From: Alphaproteobacteria bacterium
Lineage (GTDB): Bacteria > Pseudomonadota > Alphaproteobacteria > JAAXGF01
Direction: 5' to 3'
DNA length: 64,000 bases
NCBI GenBank assembly: GCA_963555825.3
Contig: CAUVXB020000002.1
Span: 2,464,001 to 2,528,000, forward strand
This document shows positions 59,464 through 64,000 of this stretch, in pieces. The notes under the pieces are model-generated. The model ran no database searches, was not told the DNA's origin, and was given only the letters and a program-made list of their open reading frames with translations. Each line of letters starts with the position of its first letter. Positions within the stretch are counted from its first letter, which is position 1. The position numbers were made by a program, and so were the translations under genes.

Positions 59464-59613
59464 ACCGTCCTCCATGGTCATTGGGCCGAGGGACATTAAT
59501 TGACATAGTGCAATTCGACGCGCCGGCCAGCGCGCCAGCGCCGTCACGCGCCGGTCGCACCCCCGCGCGCGACGGGGTACGATCGACCGCTACGTCCAGT
59601 CACGGGAACACGC

Positions 59614-61305
59614 ATGAACCGCAGCGAGCGGCGACGGCTCGACAAGCAGCGCCGACGGGGCAAGGCCGCCGGCGGCGTGTCGGCACCGGGCGACGACGCC
59701 TTCATCGGTGTCGCGCTGAACGAGGCGCGCGAACACCTCAGGGCGGGCCGCGCACGCGAAGCGCTGACGATTTACCGGCGCGTGATCAAGATCGACGGCC
59801 GCAACGCGCAAGCGCTCAACCTGGCCGGCGTCGCCTATTTCCAGCTCGGCGATCAGCGCCGCGCGCTCAAGCACCTGCGCCAGGCGGTCGCCGGCGGGAC
59901 GGCCGACGTCGACGCGCACAACAACCTGGGCAACGTGCTCAAGGCCGCCGGGCGTCTCGACGAGGCCGAGACGGCCTACCGCCGCGCGCTCGAGATCCGG
60001 CCCGATTACGCCGATGCCCACTACAACCTCGGCATCCTCCTGGAAGCGATGGGCCGGCCGGCCGAGGCCGAGGCGGCGTACCGAAACGCGCTCGACGCGA
60101 CGCCCGGTTTCGTGCTCGCCCGCTTCAACCGCGCCAACGCGCTCAAGGCGCTGGGCCGCCTCGACGACGCGATCGCCGACTACCAAGCGGCGATCGTGGC
60201 CGCACCCGACCTCGCCCAGGCGCATAACAACCTGGGCAGCGCCTTGCACGAACTCGGCCGCTCCGACGAGGCGGTCGCCGCCTACCGCCGCGCCATCGAG
60301 ATCGCACCCGAGTTCGCCGACGCGCACTACAACATGGGCATCGCCCTACAGGAGCAGGCGCAATTCGACGACGCCGTCGCCGCCTATCGCCGCGCCATCG
60401 AGATCAATACGGGCCAGGTCGGCGCGCGCGTCAATCTCGGCGTCGCGCTGCAGCGCCTCGGCCGCCTCGACGAGGCGATCGCCGCCTATCGCGCCGCCTG
60501 CGCCGCCGCGCCCGGCTACGCCGGCGGTCACATCAACCTGGCCGACGCGCTCCTCGAGACCGGCGACGTCGACGCCGCCTTGGCGGTCGCCGACGGCTTC
60601 CTGGCCGACCAGCCGGCCGACAGCGGCATGCTCGCCTTCAAGGCGCTGCTGTTGAACGAGGCCGGCCAGGCCGACGCCGCCGAGGCGCTGATCGGCATCG
60701 AGACGTTCTTCCGCGGCTTGCCCATAGCCGCGCCCGAAGGCTACGCCGACGTCGCGGGGTTCAACGCGGCGCTCGCCGACCATGTCCTGGCGCATCCGAG
60801 CCTGGCCGTCGCGCCGGCGAGCCACGCGACGCGCGCCGGCCGCCACTCGGGCGAGCTGCTGGTCGAGCCGATCGGGCCGATGGCGGCATTCGAGGGCGTC
60901 GTCCGCGCGGCGGTCGACGGTTACATCCGCGCGCTACCGGGACAGTCCGGCCATCCCTTCGCGGCCCGGCCGCCGCGGCGCTACGGGCTCAACGTCTGGG
61001 GCGTCGTGCTCGAGGGCCAGGGCCATCAGGTGCCGCATATCCACCCGGCTGCCTGGCTGAGCGGCGTCTATTACGTCCGGCTGCCCGAAGCGATCGGCGC
61101 GGCCGACGACGGCGCGGCCGGCTGGATCGCCTTCGGCCGGCCGCCGGCGCATTTCCACCTCGCCGCCGCGCCCAAGATCACGCCGGTCAGGCCCGAGGAA
61201 GGACTGATGCTGCTGTTCCCGTCCTATCTCTATCACCACACGATTCCCTTCGAGAGCGTCGGCGCGCGCATCAGCATCGCCTTCGACGTGCTGCCGACGG
61301 CCTGA
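59614..61305 (+). CDS. TPR-repeat protein with C-terminal putative 2OG-Fe(II) oxygenase domain
   Basis: Many TPRs; HQVPHIHPAAWLSGVYY and LLFPSYLYHHT..RISIAFD. Confidence 0.9.
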   Translation: MNRSERRRLDKQRRRGKAAGGVSAPGDDAFIGVALNEAREHLRAGRAREALTIYRRVIKIDGRNAQALNLAGVAYFQLGDQRRALKHLRQAVAGGTADVDAHNNLGNVLKAAGRLDEAETAYRRALEIRPDYADAHYNLGILLEAMGRPAEAEAAYRNALDATPGFVLARFNRANALKALGRLDDAIADYQAAIVAAPDLAQAHNNLGSALHELGRSDEAVAAYRRAIEIAPEFADAHYNMGIALQEQAQFDDAVAAYRRAIEINTGQVGARVNLGVALQRLGRLDEAIAAYRAACAAAPGYAGGHINLADALLETGDVDAALAVADGFLADQPADSGMLAFKALLLNEAGQADAAEALIGIETFFRGLPIAAPEGYADVAGFNAALADHVLAHPSLAVAPASHATRAGRHSGELLVEPIGPMAAFEGVVRAAVDGYIRALPGQSGHPFAARPPRRYGLNVWGVVLEGQGHQVPHIHPAAWLSGVYYVRLPEAIGAADDGAAGWIAFGRPPAHFHLAAAPKITPVRPEEGLMLLFPSYLYHHTIPFESVGARISIAFDVLPTA

Positions 61306-61309
61306 TACC

Positions 61310-61546
61310 AAGGAGATCCGCCTGCGCCGCGCCGGCCACATGCCGCGCGCCAACGACCCGCCGGTGAAGACCGTCGCGGCGCGCGCCGGTTTTTCGAGCC
61401 GCAGCTATTTTTTGCGCGCCTTCAAGGCCTTCACTGGCGTCGACCCAGCGACATACCGGGCCAACGCGATCACCGAGGCCGCCCGGTCGGCGGGTGCCGA
61501 TGGCGCGGACGTCCGCGTGCGCGCCGAGGACGTCCGGGACGGCTGA
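61310..61546 (+). pseudogene. AraC-family HTH C-terminal remnant
   Basis: KEIRLRRAGHM..PVKTVAARAGFSSRSYFLRAFKAFTGVDPATYR, with no N-terminal domain. Confidence 0.75.
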
Positions 61547-61610
61547 TTCCCGGCGCCGGGTGCGCCATACTGCCGCACCGGTTCACCAACGAACGCAGTG
61601 GGGCAGCGCC

Positions 61611-62312
61611 ATGTCAGAACCCGTCGTCGGCATTCTCATGCTCAAGACCGCCTTCCCGCGCCCGCCGGGCGATATCGGCAATCCCGACACCTGGCCGTTT
61701 CCGGTGCGCTACGCGGTGGTCGAGCCGGCGACCGTGGCGCGCGTCGTCAATCCGGACCCGCCGATGGACCTCTTGGAAGAGCCCTTCGTCGCCGCCGGCG
61801 AGCGGCTTGTCGCGGCCGGTTGCGCCGCGCTCACGACCTCCTGCGGCTTCCTCTCCGTGTTCCAGGCGAGCCTGGCCGCGCGCCTCGGCGTGCCGGTCGT
61901 CACCTCGAGCCTGATGCAGGTCCCGATGGTCCAGGCCGGCCTCGCGCCGGGCCGCCGCGTCGGCGTCATCTCGATCGATGCCGGCGCGCTGACGCCGCGC
62001 CACCTCGCCGCCGCCGGCGTCCCCGAGGACGTGCCGCTGGTCGGCACCGAGACCGGCGCCGAGCTGACCCGCGTCATCGCCGGGGACCTCGACACGCTGG
62101 ACACCGCGGCGGCCGAAGCCGACGTCCTGGCGGCCGGCGACGTGCTCGTCGCGCGCTGGCCCGAGGTCGGTGCGGTGGTCCTCGAATGCACCAACATGGC
62201 GCCCTACGCGCGGGCGCTCGAGGCGCATCTCGGCCTCGCCGTCTACGACATCGTCGGCCTGGTCGGCTGGCTCCACGGCGGCCTCGCCCCGCGAAGCTTC
62301 GGCGGCGGCTGA
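61611..62312 (+). CDS. Aspartate/glutamate racemase family protein
   Basis: FPRPPGDIGN, TTSCGFL, VLECTNM. Confidence 0.9.
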   Translation: MSEPVVGILMLKTAFPRPPGDIGNPDTWPFPVRYAVVEPATVARVVNPDPPMDLLEEPFVAAGERLVAAGCAALTTSCGFLSVFQASLAARLGVPVVTSSLMQVPMVQAGLAPGRRVGVISIDAGALTPRHLAAAGVPEDVPLVGTETGAELTRVIAGDLDTLDTAAAEADVLAAGDVLVARWPEVGAVVLECTNMAPYARALEAHLGLAVYDIVGLVGWLHGGLAPRSFGGG

Positions 62313-62430
62313 CGCCGGCGTGACCCCGCTCGCCCCACGGCGCTTCGGCGACGGCTGACGTCGGCGCGACCGCGGGCCCCACACCAAATCAGTGTGCCGA
62401 GAAGATCGCCAATATCTGTGAAAAATTAAC

Positions 62431-62495
62431 GGTGTCAGACACTATTTTATATGATTGATACTATTGATTCACACGAATTAAAGGTGTCTGACCCC
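62431..62495. repeat. Doublet of GGTGTC(A/T)GAC palindromes (REP-like family C) around an AT-rich spacer
   Basis: GGTGTCAGACACT (62431) and GGTGTCTGACCCC (62483) between convergent genes. Confidence 0.7.
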
Positions 62496-62541
62496 TTTTT
62501 TGGAGAGATGGCGCGTGTTTGGCTGGATGGTCGGCGGTCGG

Positions 62542-63942
62542 TCAGCGCTTCTTCCTGGTCGGCGCCAGGCCGGCGGGCGCCAGGCCGACCAGGAAGTCGT
62601 CGAGCGCGCCGGGCGCGCACCCGGCGTCCTCGGCGGCGTCCTTGCGCGCGATCGCGCCGCGGATCAGGGTGCCGCCGATGAAGCGGAACGGCTCGGGCGG
62701 GAAGCCACCCTGGGGGCCGCCGGCGAGGCCGTTCATCGACCATTCGTCCTGGCGGCCGAGCGCCAGCGACGCCAGGATGCGCCCGCCGGTATAGGACGGC
62801 CCGACGCCGTTGCCGGTGTAGCCGTGGCCGTAGACGATCTGCCGGCAGCCCGGCAGCCGGCCAAAAAACGGCAGGCCGGTCGCCGTGCGCGTCGCCGGGC
62901 CGCGCCAGGTCGCGGCGAGCGGCACGTCGGCGAGCGACGGATAGTAGCGCAACAGCCGCGCGTGCACCTCGGCCGTGCGCTGCGAGGCGGTGTCGTAGCG
63001 GCTACCCAGCCGCCCTGCGAAGGGAATGCCGCCACCGCCCTTGCCGATGCTGATGCGGCCGTCGGTGGTGGTCCGGTAGTAATCGACCATCATGCGCGAG
63101 TCCGAGATCGCCAGGCCGTCGACCAGGCCAATCTCGGCGAGCCGCTCGGGCATCGCCTCGGTCATGATCGCGTCGACCGCGATCGGCACCACGGTGCGGC
63201 GGAACTCGGGCAGCTCGTGCGCCCAGGCGTTGAGCGCGAGCACGACCGAATCGGCGGTGATCGTGCCGCGCGCCGTCTTCACCGCCGGCGTCGCGGTGCG
63301 CACCAGCCCGGTCATGCGGGTCTGCTCGTGGATGCGCACGCCACGCTCGAGCGCGACCCGGCGCAAGCCCCGCGCCAGCAGCGCTGGCTGCACGGTCGTG
63401 ACGCCGCGCTCGAAGACGCCGGCGATATGGGCCTCCGAGCCGGTGCGCCGGGCGACTTCGTCGGCGGGCAGTTCCTCCAACGCGTGGACACCCAGCTTGT
63501 CGAGCGCCTCGACGGTCTCGGACCAGGCGCCGAGCTGGGCCTCGTTGCTCGCCGTCCACATCCAGCCGTCGTGGCGGAAGTCGGCCTCGATACCGTGCTC
63601 GATGCAGAACGCGCCGATCGCCCTGACGCCGTCTTCGGACGCGCGCAGCAGCCGCACGCCCTCCTGGGCGCCGCAGATCTTCAGGAGCGTCAGCGCCTTC
63701 GACATCCAGGTCATGACAAAGCCGCCGTTGCGGCCGCTGGCGCCGCCGCCGCAGATGTCGCCCTCGACGATGGCGACGTCGATCGCGGGCTCGAACTCCT
63801 TGAGGCGCAGCGCGGTCCACAACCCGGTGAAGCCGCCGCCGACAATGCAGACGTCGGCGCGCGCGTCGCCCGCGAGCGGCGCCGCCGCGGCGATCTCCGC
63901 GCCCTCGGCGCCGAGCGCCTGCTGCAGCCAGAAGCTCCTCAT
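62542..63942 (-). CDS. FAD-dependent oxidoreductase (DAO/PuuB-like)
   Basis: IVGGGFTGLW, GASGRNGG, VQPALLARGL, GYTGNGVG. Confidence 0.92.
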   Translation of the reverse strand: MRSFWLQQALGAEGAEIAAAAPLAGDARADVCIVGGGFTGLWTALRLKEFEPAIDVAIVEGDICGGGASGRNGGFVMTWMSKALTLLKICGAQEGVRLLRASEDGVRAIGAFCIEHGIEADFRHDGWMWTASNEAQLGAWSETVEALDKLGVHALEELPADEVARRTGSEAHIAGVFERGVTTVQPALLARGLRRVALERGVRIHEQTRMTGLVRTATPAVKTARGTITADSVVLALNAWAHELPEFRRTVVPIAVDAIMTEAMPERLAEIGLVDGLAISDSRMMVDYYRTTTDGRISIGKGGGGIPFAGRLGSRYDTASQRTAEVHARLLRYYPSLADVPLAATWRGPATRTATGLPFFGRLPGCRQIVYGHGYTGNGVGPSYTGGRILASLALGRQDEWSMNGLAGGPQGGFPPEPFRFIGGTLIRGAIARKDAAEDAGCAPGALDDFLVGLAPAGLAPTRKKR

Positions 63943-64000
63943 CCCATCCCCCCTCTCCGGGCGTTGCCGGGCGCGCTGCTAGCAGTCGAGCGTGTGCTCG

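Noticed and set aside
63978-64000. Possible 3' end of another minus-strand gene
   Set aside because: Too short to support a call.

Overview
High-GC bacterial chromosomal window, most likely alphaproteobacterial (inferred from gene families such as DUF1674, EVE-yciI, DUF6352/DUF6505-like genes and rsmB-rpe-heparinase-purH). Housekeeping genes (acs, rsmB-like, rpe, purH, rbsK) sit alongside a surface-polysaccharide cluster, a LysR-GST-oxidoreductase unit and several repeat proteins (ankyrin, TPR, Sel1). A cobalt-type nitrile hydratase operon has its beta subunit encoded as two genes, and the second is interrupted by an apparently intact group II intron whose removal restores the reading frame. 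A ~12.5 kb variable island between a creatininase-family gene and yciI contains IS3, IS66 (with a DUF4338/DruA-like passenger) and IS256 elements plus relic copies of both flanking genes. An IS630 lies in the centre of a short palindromic repeat. At least four families of non-coding repeats are present. The most unusual has seven copies with internal ~20-24 bp palindromic modules that vary in copy number (0, 1, 2, 5) and spacer orientation. Family assignments come from motif recognition by eye; no database searches were run. No rRNA, tRNA or CRISPR array was seen.
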